A DNA stretch of 64,000 nucleotides, from contig NC_043006.1 in assembly GCF_006345805.1 (NCBI RefSeq), positions 15,686,001-15,750,000 of the forward strand, written 5' to 3'. A program made the translations under genes and the position numbers. Under the pieces are notes generated by a model, which was given only the letters and a program-made list of their open reading frames with translations, did not search any database and was not told the DNA's origin. Each line of letters begins with the position of its first letter. Positions within the stretch are counted from its first letter, which is position 1. The stretch comes from Octopus sinensis (Eukaryota). Shown here in pieces: positions 41,265-54,174 of the stretch.

Positions 41265-41295
<31 letters not shown>

Positions 41296-41408
41296 GTAAT
41301 AATAATAATAATAATAATACTGATAATATAATAATAATAATAATAATAATAATATAATAATAATAATAATAATAATAATAGTAATAATATAATAATAATA
41401 ATAATGAT

Positions 41409-41439
<31 letters not shown>

Positions 41440-41504
41440 TATAATAATAATAATATAATAATAGTAATAATAATAATAATAATAATAATGATATAAAATA
41501 ATAC

Positions 41505-41574
<70 letters not shown>

Positions 41575-41727
41575 TAATAATAATGATAATAATAATATAA
41601 TAATAATAATATAATAATAAAATAATAATAATAGTAATAATAATCATAATGATAATATAATAATAATAATAATAATAATAAAAAAATAATAATAATTATA
41701 ATAATAATGATAATAATAATAATAATA

Positions 41728-41794
<67 letters not shown>

Positions 41795-41795
41795 G
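40932..41795. repeat. Long degenerate (TAA)n array
   Basis: Direct reading. Confidence 0.95.
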
Positions 41796-42686
41796 TAATA
41801 ATCCTGATGATGATGATGATGACAATTATGATGATTATGATGATGATGCTGATGAAACAAAGAATTTAAAATTTGCGGGCAACCACCATAATAGAGGTGA
41901 ATGGCGCTTTGTTTAGAATAAATAATATTTTTCTGTCCACAAGAAAATCGAAATCTATTTTATTTCGCCTAATTTTGTCAAGATAACTATGTTAAAAGTT
42001 TAATTCACTTACTTCGGTCATATTCATCGGTTCTATAGATTTTTGTTAGTCATTTTCCCCTTCCATACATATCACCGAGAGAACGCATTATTTTTTTCTT
42101 TCTTTTCCTTTTTCTTTTTTCTTGCTTCGGTGACACATTCTTTACTAGTGTTATGAGAATCTTTTATACTCAAATTTCATTAAAATTTCACTGTATAATA
42201 TTCTTGCTTCAAGCCATCTCACACATTCTAGATGTGAATAAAATAAATTCTTTAATGAATATACCTCAATATGAAATAATGGTAAAAACGGAACATTTAC
42301 TTTGTATATTATTGTTGTTGTTGTTGTTAGTGGTATTTTTCCTGAAAGCTTTGGCATACACCAAGAATTACCTATTAGAAATATAAGTATAAGAAAAACA
42401 GGAAATAAAAATGATATGAAGATTTATATACACTATTTTTTTTTTCTCTTTATTATTCAAATTAGAATATTAGTTTGTCTGAAGAGGTGATATAATTGAG
42501 AAGATACATTTAACACAGGTAGAAAAAGTAGTGCAATATCCGATAAATACAAGAGATATCACATAAAATAAACTCTTGAAATAAGTACATTAATAATAAC
42601 AATAACAGCAGAAACCACATTATTATCATCATCATCATCATCATCATCATTATTATTATTATTATCATTATTATTATTATTATTAT

Positions 42687-43007
42687 TCAGTAGTTTTATT
42701 TTTATAGCGTGCTTTCACTTCACTACCGAGCGCAGCTCTGTGTGCCTTGGGTATGTGCTGTGATTTGTTGTGATGCTCTGATGGTTATTGTATGGAAAGT
42801 GTTCTGCGTAGGATGTGTGCAGTGCCTAGTAGTACAATTTTCTGTATGTTATATGTGTTTGTAAGTCCTGGTGTTTTTGTTATGTATTTGTCTGAATATT
42901 TTTTATCATGCCTAATGCACCTACTATGATAGGAATTGTTTCTGTTTTCAGGTTCCACATTCTAGTTACCTCTATTTCCAGGTCTTTGTATTTTGAGAGT
43001 TTCTCCA

Positions 43008-43010
<3 letters not shown>
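42687..43010 (-). mobile_element. R4/Dong-like 3' end, lineage F3
   Basis: Minus strand MEKLSKYKDLEIEVTRMWNLKTETIPIIVGALGMIK..IQKIVLLGTAHILRRTLSIQ* plus UTR; TAA-flanked on the sense strand. Confidence 0.8.
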
Positions 43011-43093
<83 letters not shown>

Positions 43094-43099
43094 TTTACT

Positions 43100-43500
43100 T
43101 AACTTTTGGTTTATCTATGCCACTTCTTAGCTTACAGACGTAACATTTTTCTCAATACATGAACTCTTCCAGGTATTGCTGTCAACTGAGTTCTTCCTGT
43201 GCAGTTTGGTAATTTCAGCTTTTAATGCCAGAATATTGCTTTCTTTGAGAAGGTCCGAAGTGCACAGATCGCGATAGGCATCACATTCACTTTTGAGGCT
43301 CTATGACTTCGTTTCACTTTCAGTGCACGGTCTTGGTACTTTACGACTTCTTCGTCCACTGTCTTCACAAGATTCTGTTCTGCAGATGAAGTTCCATTCT
43401 TTGGAGTCCTTCAATAGGAGATTGATATCTTGTCAGTTTTTTTTTCTGTGTAGATTGGCATATACCATGTGATTTTCATTTGATACTCTCTCTGCTACTG
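43100..43500 (-). mobile_element. Highly decayed R4/Dong-like C-terminus, lineage F4
   Basis: EEVVKYQDRALKVKRSHRASKVNVMPIAICAL resembles the REL C-terminal K.KYQDL..EI....V.PIVIGALG pattern. Confidence 0.5.
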
Positions 43501-43503
43501 GCA

Positions 43504-43778
43504 GTCCCTGAATAAGATTTCTTTAAGGATGATGAACAAAACACCCATGTCTCCAGAGATTTGAGCGGGATGGCTATACAACCTGAAGAAAATTCTAACT
43601 GGGCCCCACCTGCAAGGTCGAGTGCTGTTTATGCTAATATGGGATCACCATGTCGCGCACATATGGTTGTGATGCATTGCCTGGTCTAGCCTTATGAGAC
43701 GGGGAGTCATGATGGGTATACTGCGCTTCGTATATTTTACCCCGGTGTCACTTTGAAGGTATGCACTGCTCTCTTACT
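43504..43778 (+). mobile_element. Family T element with 5' truncation and 5' inversion
   Basis: 43504-43557 is the reverse complement of the segment that normally lies just upstream of TTGAGCGGGATGG (43561). Confidence 0.75.
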
Positions 43779-43800
43779 AAATAATAATAATAATAATAAT

Positions 43801-43896
43801 AGGCCTACCGATGTATACTATGAGTTTCTTTGCCCTAGGAGTCGGGAAGACACTCGGCAAGAAATGGAAGCAAATTTGAAAGAAGAAAAAAAAAAA
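43801..43896 (+). mobile_element. F1 Dong 3' UTR only (extreme 5' truncation)
   Basis: Near-identical to 22603-22695; in (TAA)n. Confidence 0.85.
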
Positions 43897-43913
43897 TAAT
43901 AATAATAATAATA

Positions 43914-44470
43914 AATGCCCTGATGCAGTACCAGGCAGTGGCTCTCATGGCTTCTGATCTTAACTGATTGGAAGTGTTATCATGTACATTGTTTTGTCTT
44001 GGTATAAAAGATGGGCTACAGCAAATATTCTGCTCAATACCACAGATTTGCTTGTCAGTTGTTTGACCGTAACCAGTTGAGCATGTCCCTTAGTGGCTGA
44101 CGATATGTGCATCTCTGATCACGAGCATAAGTAGTGGGGGAGCATCATAGCCATGTGTTGAGAAGGATTCTTTGGGGTTTGAATAATTCACCTTTGGGAA
44201 CATGGGTGTTTCGTTCAACATCCTTAAACAACCCTTATTCAGGAACCTTTTGAGCGGGATGGGCTACTCAACCTGAAGAAAATTCTAACTGGGCCCCACC
44301 TGTAAGGTCATGTGCTGTTTATCTTGATATGAGATCACCATGTCGCGCACATATGGTTGTGATGCATGTGCCTGGTGTACCCTTATCAGACGGGTAGTCA
44401 TGATGGGTATATTGGTCTTCGTATATTTTACCCCAGTGTCACTTTGATGGCATGAACTGCTCTCTCACTC
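43914..44470 (+). mobile_element. Family T element, full length (~557 bp)
   Basis: Starts AATGCCCTGATGCAGTACCAGG and ends CTCTCTCACTC followed by (AAT)n; no ORF and no clear tRNA head. Confidence 0.85.
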
Positions 44471-44513
<43 letters not shown>

Positions 44514-44533
44514 TAATAATAATAATAATAATA

Positions 44534-45085
44534 AATGCCCTGATGCAGTACCAGGCAGTGGCTCTCATGGCTTCTGATCTTAACTGATTGGAAGTGTTAT
44601 CATGTACATTGTTTTGTCTTGGTATAAAAGATGGGCTACAGCAAATATTCTGCTCAATACACAGATTTGCTTGTCAGTTGTTTGACCGTAACCAGTTGAG
44701 CATGTCCCTTAGTGGCTGACGATATGTGCATCTCTGATCACGAGCATAATAGTGGGGGCATCATAGCCATGTGTTGAGAAGGATTCTTTGGGGTTTGAAT
44801 AATTCACCTTTGGAACATGGGTGTTTCGTTCAACATCCTTAAACACCCTATTCAGGAACCTTTTGAGCGGGATGGGCTACTCAACCTGAAGAAAATTCTA
44901 ACTGGGCCCCACCTGTAAGGTCATGTGCTGTTTATCTTGATATGAGATCACCATGTCGCGCACATATGGTTGTGATGCATGTGCCTGGTGTACCCTTATC
45001 AGACGGGTAGTCATGATGGGTATATTGGTCTTCGTATATTTTACCCCCCAGTGTCACTTTGATGGCATGAACTGCTCTCTCACTC
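44534..45085 (+). mobile_element. Family T element, tandem second copy
   Basis: Near-identical to 43914-44470; the differences are mostly 1-bp indels. Confidence 0.85.
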
Positions 45086-45090
45086 AATAC

Positions 45091-45156
<66 letters not shown>

Positions 45157-45176
45157 TAATGATAATAATAATAATT

Positions 45177-45426
45177 CCTCTCAATACATGGCTATGATGC
45201 TCCCCCGCTACTTCTACTTGTTATCAGAGATGCACATATCATCAGCCATTAAGGGATGTGTTCAACTGGTTAACGTCAAACAACTGACAAGCAAATATGT
45301 GGTATTGAGCAGAATATTTGCCCTAGCCCATCTTGTATACTAAGACAAAGTAATGTACAAGATAGCACTTCCAATCAGTTAAGATGAGTGATGAGAGCCG
45401 CTGCTTGGCACTGCATCAGGTCATTT

Positions 45427-45427
<1 letters not shown>
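45177..45427 (-). mobile_element. Family T 5' half, inverted and diverged
   Basis: Reverse complement of the first ~250 bp; same 5' start (AATGACCTGATGCAG). Confidence 0.8.
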
Positions 45428-45469
<42 letters not shown>

Positions 45470-47512
45470 TTTTTTTTTCTTCTTTCAAATTTTCTTCCAT
45501 TTCTTGCCGAGTGTCTTCCCGACTCCTAGGGCAAAGAAACTCATAGTGTATATTGGTAGGCCATTAAACCAAACTCAGTAGTTCGTTCATTTTTTTTTTT
45601 TTTTTTTTTTAGTTAAATTAAAATACATGAGCAGCAACAGTTTCTCATCATCGACAATGCTCTTCTCAATACGTGTGATGTACCAGTTAAGACAATCTTT
45701 TGCACTTCTTGCAGGGATGGTAAGCCAGGGATCATTCTCATATAATTTTCGGTTCCCTTCTTGATCATTCCTAGTGCTCCTACGATCACTGGTATTGTAA
45801 CCGCCTTGAGATGCCACATTTTCTCAATTTCAATGAGTAGGTCTTTATATTTTCTGAGCTTGTCAAACTCTTTCGCTGAGATATTATGATCACAGGGGAT
45901 GCTCATGTCGATCAATAAGCAAACTTTATTGTTTTGGTCTTTCACAACAATATCTGGTTTATTGGCCTTGATGGTTCGGTCTGTATGTACTGGAAAGTCC
46001 CACAGAATGGTTACATTTTCTCCTTCAGTTACAGCCTCAGGGTGGTGATTATACCACTTGTCGGCAGTTTTGATATTGTAATGCCGACTTATTAGCCAGT
46101 GGAGATATTGGCCAACTCTGTCATGTCTTAATTTATACTCCACTGGTGCTAAGACTTTACATCCAGAGATTAGGTGGTCCACTGTTTCAATCATGTCGTT
46201 GCAGAATCGGCATTTTGGGTCTGCTCCATTTTCACATCACATTGGCCTGGTAGTTCCGGTTGATAGGCTTTGGTCTTGAGCAGCCAGGATGAAACCTTCG
46301 CTCTCTGCTTTTAGCCCTGACCTCCGCAGCCACTGATGGGTTTGTTTGCTTCTGTCAACATCAGCTTGTTTGCTGCGGGTCACATTTTGCCGTGCAGAGG
46401 TTTCTCCTCCCCCCTATCAGCCAATTGCTCGTGCGCTTTTTTCATTGCCATCATTTTCACCTTCTTTGCAACAATAGTTGCCGTACTTCCCTCGGGTTGT
46501 TCAGTTTGGGTATCCTGCACGAGATCAATAGCAAATTTTTTGCTTTCCTTGATGATAGAATGAAGCTTCTTTCGTCTCTCGTGATTTTCCACGAGCTTTA
46601 GCATCCAGTCATTCGATATTTCGAGATATTTGGCCAGTCCAATTGTGGTTGTTTTGTAAGCTAGTTCAAATTGGATCAGGCCTCGACCTCCTTGGGCTCT
46701 GGGAAGGTAAAGGCGATCTACGTCTGCCTTTGGGTGGTGCATCCTATTACAACTCAGCAGCTTGCGTATTTTTCTATCTATATTCTTTACTTCACTCATA
46801 TTCCAGTTCAACACATTGTAGCTATAAGTAACAACTGGAACTGCTAGGGAATTTATAGCTAACACCTTGTTACGTGCATTTAGTTCAGATTTCAGGGCTG
46901 CACGAACTCTCCTATAACATTCCTTCCTGATTTTCTCTTTCATGCTTGCATGCTGAATACCAGAGCCTTCATTTATCCCTAAATATTTGTATGTTTGTTC
47001 TTGCTCAAGCTCTCTTATGACTGTGTCAACATCTAACACGACTGAATTTGTGGTCTTCCCTTTCCCTTTCTGGAAAGTGGCATTGGCACACTTCTCAAGT
47101 CCAAACTCCATCCCGATGTCATTGCTGAATGATTTCACGGTGCGCAATAGGCCTTCAAGTTCATTATTGTCTTTACCATAAAGTTTTAAGTCATCCATAT
47201 AAAATAGATGGCTTATATTTTTATTGGCAATTTTATACCCATACCCTGTTCTGTTTAATTCACTTGTAAGGGGTATTAGGGCTATGCAGAATATTAAAGG
47301 TGAAAGTGAGTCACCTTGAAAAATTCCACAGTTGATGTTTATATTTTCTGAGGCAAGTACTCCATTAGAGTGGTATAATTGGAGATTCGTATTCCACAAC
47401 GACATATTGTGCTTCAGGAAGTTTGAAATCACAGGGGAAATTTTGAAGGTGTCCAGCGATCTCAAGATCCATGGATGCGGTATACTGTCGAAGGCCTTTT
47501 TATAGTCAATCC
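45470..47512 (-). mobile_element. 5'-truncated R4/Dong-like LINE, lineage F1 (RT + CCHC + REL endonuclease)
   Basis: IDYKKAFDSIPH, GIFQGDSLSPLIF, HLFYMDDLKLY, YKYLG, CRFC..ETVDHLISGC, ANKPDIVVKD..LIDMSIP..K..KY; poly A then (TAA)n. Confidence 0.92.
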
Positions 47513-47562
47513 TTATTATTATATTATTATTATATTATTATTATATTATTATTATTATTATA

Positions 47563-47660
<98 letters not shown>

Positions 47661-47704
47661 GTATTATTATTATTATTATTATTTAAGATATCGTACAGTA
47701 TCCA

Positions 47705-48912
47705 ATATCGTGATATTGATTGAAAATATTGTGTCTACCGGGGTTTGTACTGTCTGTAAAGTCACAAGAAGGACCTCAGACAGACAGTACTTTACGCAAT
47801 ATGCGTGCAGTTTCAAGTAATGTCAATTTTTGCAATACTCATAGATTGTTGGGCATTTCTAAAGTTTACAGATGTTTCTTTATGTTGGGTTGTATTGAAC
47901 CCAATGCTCGGATGACAATAGAGGTAACCTTTATGCTTTACTGTCTAGCTGCTACATCTTGGTGATCTCAGATCTTAGTTCTCCATATTTTTAATCTGTT
48001 CTCTTTCTTTCATTGCCACGTCGACTATTAGGCTTCTTGTTTGTCCCTCCTAAAAGTTACCATGTCCAACCTTTGGTTGCTCTAACACCTTGTCTGTCTG
48101 GAAGTCAAAGTCCCAGAATATTTTTGCCTTCTCCTTTTCGTCCATTACTTTTTCTGGCGTATGTTGGTGCCAAGCACCCATTACCGCGTAGCCATACTTC
48201 TGGCATAGTAGCCAATAAAAGTTTTGCGCTACCTTGTCGTGTCTGAGCTTGTACTGCTTTCACAAGCACTAACAATCTGAGTCACGCTTTCGACCCTCTT
48301 CCTACACATTCTGCAGAGGTTCGCTGAACTTGTGTAGTATATATACCTTTTCATTGAGTTGGTATTTAATGCCTGATCCTAGACAGCGATGATTAGGTTT
48401 TCAGTCTTCCTTTTTAAGAGCCACCTCCATAATGCTTCCTGATCTTTGTTAGTTTCACGGTGGAACAGACCCTGTAATTCTATGCGGTGTAGTATTTCTT
48501 CTCGCTCGTTGGCTATTCGTGATCGGAATTCACGAGTAATCTCAAGTCCATTTTTAGTAATCCTTCTGCATTAGCAGCATACTGTAGCAGGTATTATTTG
48601 CTGTTTACGAAATATTTTGCCACGTTTCTTCTTTCACTGTTGTTGCACTCCCGTAATGCCGTCCACCTTTACACCTCTTCATGTAGAGCCTGACTACGTT
48701 GTCATCGTCTTTTGGATAGTGCGATCGAGTTGGTGAGTCTCCGCTCGTGTCCACAGCAACAGCCCATATGTTGATGGCAGTCACAAGGTTTCTTGAGTTG
48801 AGATTCGACTTCAAGAGAAGTTTGAGGCGCTTTAAATATGCAGTGGTGACCTTTTATTTCATTTTTCTGTGCACAATATTGTCCAGCTCCAGAATCCCAA
48901 GGCACTTGTACT
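47705..48912 (-). mobile_element. Decayed R4/Dong-like LINE, lineage F5
   Basis: YLKRLKLLLKSNLNSRNLVTAINIWAV and C-terminal VTSIVIRALGSI..LQKLTLLETARILRKVLSV*. Confidence 0.75.
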
Positions 48913-51305
48913 CATCATCATCATCTGAATCTTCCAATCTCTCTTCGTTTTGCAATTATATGCTCTTGAAAGGAGAACGTTTATTTGGATCCGCGGCAGT
49001 CGTTGAAAAACGTAAAAATATTAAGAAAGGAGTCTATCTGAAAAGCAAGAAGAAAAAAATTATATATGAAACATTCAAAAAGAAATTTGAGTCGTAAGGC
49101 TGATATCACGGCGTATTCTAATTTATCAGTTGCCTGTAAATGGCAAGTATGGCAAAATCAAAGGCTTCAGATCAACAGGAAACGCTTTTACAGTAATGTT
49201 GGAGAAGTTGCAATTATTGTAAATCGTTAGAAATTGCAATATACTAAACACTGAGTATCAAAATACCATCAATAAACGATTTGAAGTCTATACATCAGTT
49301 TTCCCAGAAAAGTGAATTAGTTTGTGTACAGAATTCCCACGATATTACATGAACAGCTATTAGAATTAAAATCTATCACATAATGATTCATACTCTAATC
49401 AAACCAGAACTCCAGTAAATCACCTTGGAAACTATGATAAATGGAAATGAAAATACTCAATAACTAGTCATATATTAATTGCCTTGTGAACAGTAGCTGT
49501 TGTTTGACCGAAGTATTTCCCTGTCATTCTCTTATTCGTGAATTTCTAAAAATCTTTTGACACAGTTCAAACGACTTTTAAATCTATCGAATACCTCAAG
49601 GGATAGTAGATGCAATAATGATGCCCTACAAAAGCTTGAGCGAAGATTATACACCTGACAGGGTCACTTATTTTCGACATATTCGCCAGTATTTTACAGG
49701 GTGACACCTTCACACTTCACTTATATTTTGTCTTGATTACGTCTACCAACCTTCAGTATATTACAATAAAAGATGAAAAGTGTACTAAGTTAGTATTAAT
49801 GTGCTTGTGTGTGCATATGTGTGCGTTTGTGTTGTGTATGCATATAAAAATATTTTCTTCTTTAAAAAATAAGGAGAGTACAGGAGGCGGTCGAAAAAGC
49901 CAGCTTCTATATATGGCTGAAGCGGGATGACCAAAAATAGCTTGAAAGTCATAACATCATTAGGTGAGACAAGCTGACACTGAATCAGCTTCGCTGACTG
50001 AGAGGTGACGGTCGTTTAGAGAATGCTCGGGCTAAGACTACGCGACTTCACTAGTCAGTTAAGGTGAGACAGTGTCACGTGACAACTTGCTGGGGCTGCC
50101 TGCTGGAGCCTACGGCAGGTAATTAAAGGGAAAAATTTGGCAAGTGAGTCAGTCACTGGCTGACACTCGCTGACGATACATGGAAGAGGCCAAGGAACAG
50201 AAGAAAGAAGAAGAAAGAAGACATGCACCCAATACCAGAGCTGAAGACACCTCCGAAAGGGAGAGGGGCGCCACGTGAAAACGGTAGAGGAGTAGGGGCC
50301 GAAACCGGACGTGGTTCCTCCTGATGATGTCTTGAGCTTACTGGATCCTATAAAGGAGCTGTTGTGGTAGCAGACCACGAAACACAGTTGTAATTCCTAA
50401 TATATTGTAGATCAGCATCAGACTACGATCGTTCTTAAAGTATTGTAGCGTTAAAGATCGTCATGATATACTTATGTAACCGCCCAATTTTCGAACGTTG
50501 TTTCCATCTGATGTTTGCCCTGTTAACAAGGATAGCAAAGGTTAAAACAGCACTAACAATTATAGCTTGAGGAAAATCTATAGATAGATTAAATAGCAAA
50601 ATAATGTATGAAAAAACTGAAGTCATTTATTTGTACGTCATAATGAAACTATAACCAAAGTAAATCGGAAAGAAATACGTAATTCAAATAAAGACACAAC
50701 CCGTATGTAAATGAAGAACGATTTAAACAACTAAAATACCATGTGCATATTCCTAAAGAACTCCAAAAGAAAATGGAAGAGGAATATTACTTCAATGATT
50801 ACGGTGGCAAGGAAAGCATTGCACCGATATTTTGGAATATATTTTATTTTTCAGCTAACAGCATCAGAAATCTAAGAGGTATTTTGTATTACAATTACTA
50901 ATTCATGGTACACACGCAACGATAAGACACTCCTGCATGCGAAGTAAACACAGAATTTTCGTATTTTATCATTAACGGAAAGCTATTGAAAAAAAACTTT
51001 TTAACTATAGTTAAGCACATTAAGTATCTTAAGGGATTATAAGGACTTAAATGGCAACGCAGACTTCAGTAATCTGGTGCTCGAGATTCGAAGTTTAAAC
51101 AGGGATTTTGTGCATGCAAATACAATGTCAGTTTGGCAGTTGTTTTTTTTATATCGTTACATATATATTTCTATATATATTTAGATGAAGGGAGAGAGAG
51201 AACTTTTACAAGGAGAAGGTTGATCATGACTTCGAAGTTTTTAAACATATACTCTACAAAAATGTAATGATGTATTGAGCAAGCGTTCAGCTTAATGTTA
51301 AATTG

Positions 51306-51373
<68 letters not shown>

Positions 51374-51581
51374 GATAGAAATTTTCGAAAAAATTTTATC
51401 AATTTTTATAAAAATACATTTAACGGTTAAATATATATACAACTTATAAACAAGAACAAAAGAAAAAAATTTCTAATGCCAAATATGCCGAAACTAGACA
51501 CATCGTCCATAACCATATAATTCATCACTATAAGTACGCGTCTCGAGGAAATCCGACAAAAATTTCTAAAAGATTCCGTTA

Positions 51582-51642
51582 TTATCATATCGGACCCGAT
51601 TTCAGAGTTAGTTCATAAGAACCTTCCCTTCATCAGTGATAA
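51582..51642 (-). ncRNA. Type I hammerhead ribozyme motif (H4)
   Basis: Mirror copy of 51846-51906. Confidence 0.75.
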
Positions 51643-51845
51643 ATGCGGCAAAGGAATAAGTAAAATACTTACTTATACCCATGGAAGAAGTGAACACTAA
51701 GTCATGAGCACAACTAAGTACCCCAAATATATCCAAAATAGAATTTCTATCTTGGATATATTGGGGGTACTTAGTTGTGCTCATGACTTAGTGTTCACTT
51801 CTTCCATGGGTATAAGTAAGTATTTTACTTATTCCTTTGCCGCAT

Positions 51846-51906
51846 TTATCACTGATGAAGGGAAGGTTCTTATGAACTAACTCTGAAATCGGGTCCGATA
51901 TGATAA
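51846..51906 (+). ncRNA. Type I hammerhead ribozyme motif (H4)
   Basis: UUAUCA/UGAUAA stem I; CUGAUGA; stem II AGGG/CUCU plus GGUUC(UUAU)GAACU; GAAA; helix III AUCGG(GU)CCGAU; AUA triplet, predicted cut after 51900. Confidence 0.78.
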
Positions 51907-52092
51907 TAACGGAATCTTTTAGAAATTTCTGTCGGCTTTCTTCGAGATGCGAGCTTATAGTGATGGATTATATGGCTATGGACGATGTGTCTAGTTTCGG
52001 CATATTTGGCATTAGAAATTTTTTCTTTTGCCCTTGTTTATAAGTTGTATATATATATAACTTTATTTAAAATTAAAGTTTTACACATACAT

Positions 52093-52144
<52 letters not shown>

Positions 52145-52226
52145 ATTATGTATGTGTGTATGTGTGGCCGGGTGGGCGTGCGTGAGTGCATGTCTTTGTG
52201 TGTGTCTACATATACATACATGTAAG

Positions 52227-52435
52227 TGGCGAGGTGGCTCAATCGTTATCGTTCCGGGCTAAATGCATGGCGGCATTTCTTCCCTCTGTGTTCTGAGATT
52301 AAATCCCGCCGAAGTCAGCTTTGCCGTTTATCATTTTGGGCTGGATGAAATGAGTACCAGTTGAACCATAGGGTCGATGTTATCGTCTTACCATTTACAT
52401 CGAAATTGCTGGCATTGTGCCAAAATTTGAAACCA
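52227..52435 (+). mobile_element. SINE family B (diverged)
   Basis: Family B match. Confidence 0.65.
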
Positions 52436-53914
52436 ATATATATGCATACATTGATGTATATAGTTGTGTGTGTAATAAGAATGGAATGTCTCATTCGGTA
52501 TAACACGTGTTTTGAATGCAAAAAAAAAAAAAGAAACCGTCAAATTAAATGTGCATAACATCATAATATAAAAATTACTCTAATTTACGTTCGGTATACA
52601 ATGCAGAATTGATTTTCATCATTGGCAGTTATGTACCCGATGGGGAGGCAGATTATCTTCATATTATGATATAATACGCATATAATTTGACCACTTTTTG
52701 CTTTCGAAACGTGTACCGAACTATAGCTGTTCATTCCTATTATTTATATGTACATTTATCACAAACCATGTAACGTGAGTTGCTATTAAGTATTCAGTTG
52801 TATAACACTTGTCATTCACTGGAAATTATTCCAATAATTTTGAAAAGGGACGAAGTGAATTTTATAGTTTGATTAATGAATTGTATTGATCGATGATTAT
52901 TGTTATTGTTATTGTTATTATTATGCGACTCTGCCTACAGCGAAATAACTGCACCCTCTGTTTTGTCACCTTTGAAGTTTTATCCAATCTCCAAAAGCGC
53001 ATCTCATTAATCAGAAAATATATATAAGATGGAATATTTTTCTCGTATCTCTATTTAATAATAACCGATATAAATGCTGGTTGGTTGGGTTGGTTGGCTG
53101 GTTGGTTGGTTGGTTGGTTGGTCGGTTGGCTGGTTGGTTGGTTGGTTGTTTGGCTGGTTCCAAAATTGCTTCAGTCATATTTTACACTGAATATAGGGAA
53201 ATGCAAAAGCGAGTAAAAGAGAAATATATAGAGATTTGATATAAGAAGTGCAAGATGAGATCGCGATCTTTTGTTGGTGGAAAGCAATGAGTAAATGAAT
53301 GCTACACACATACACACACAAACACATACAGAGTTAGAGGGAGAGAGAGAGAGAGAGAAGCATAAACACACAGGAAGAGGAGAAGGGAAAGGAAGAGGAT
53401 GAGAGGAAGTAAATAACAAAGTAGTTTTGGGAGGTGATATACAAGTAAAAAATATTATTTCATTTTATGTTAAATCAATAAATAATTTTCGTTTGATAAT
53501 TAGTTATTCATTCCAAACAGAATTGAATAAAAGTTAAATTATATCACCTAAAGTACGCCATATTTTTTTATTTTACCCATATTGTCAAAAGTATACTTCC
53601 AAAACTATTTGTCACATGAAGAGTAGCACCCTAGTATAAATACTAATAACTATGGTAAATAGATAATTTAGCTATAAACTGCTTTATATTTTATCTAACA
53701 TGTATTTTCCAGAAGGTTTAATTTATTCGATACTTCTATCATACAAGTAAACTAAACGGAAAACAAAATCATTCTTCGTCCATAACTATATCTTCTACTT
53801 AAATAAATCCTGACCAAATTCCAGGCAGTAGAAAATTTTCTCAACTGGGGCAGTTTAATTATTAAAATATGTTCACTAATATTGGCTAAGTATTGGGCAT
53901 ACTGGATTGATCAT

Positions 53915-54063
53915 TATATGTAGTCAGAAGCCTGCTTCCCAAACTCATGGCTCCGGGTTCAGTTCCACCGCATGGCACCCTGGACCTGTATCTTCTAATA
54001 TAGCCTCGGACCGACTAAATTCTTGTGAGTGGATTTGGTAGACATAAACTGAAAGGAGTTCGT
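53915..54063 (+). mobile_element. SINE family A 5' half (3' half at ~56250-56441)
   Basis: Head-body match; interrupted in its central microsatellite. Confidence 0.7.
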
Positions 54064-54174
54064 CATACACATACACACACACATACACACACATACACAC
54101 ACACACTCACACACACACTCACACACACACACTCACACATGTATGTATGTATGTATGTATTATATATGTACGTA

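Larger units (their letters stand above)
51431..52056. repeat. ~625-bp near-perfect palindrome (family H4), centre 51744
   Basis: Centre ATAGAA-T-TTCTAT; the arms pair out to TATACAACTTATAAACAAG / CTTGTTTATAAGTTGTATA. Confidence 0.92.

Noticed and set aside
43914-45085. Tandem duplication of family T as a biological dimer
   Set aside because: The copies differ almost only by 1-bp indels; an assembly duplication cannot be excluded, so it is not treated as a separate phenomenon.
48747-49097. Lys-rich 116-aa ORF as a host exon (also candidates near 7030 and 56500)
   Set aside because: The first half is antisense LINE sequence; no recognisable domain or convincing splice context.
50314-50400. 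CTGATGA...GAAACACAGTTGTA hammerhead-like core
   Set aside because: Helix III is plausible, but stem I does not pair (TTCCTC versus ATTCC) and stem II has extra unpaired bases.
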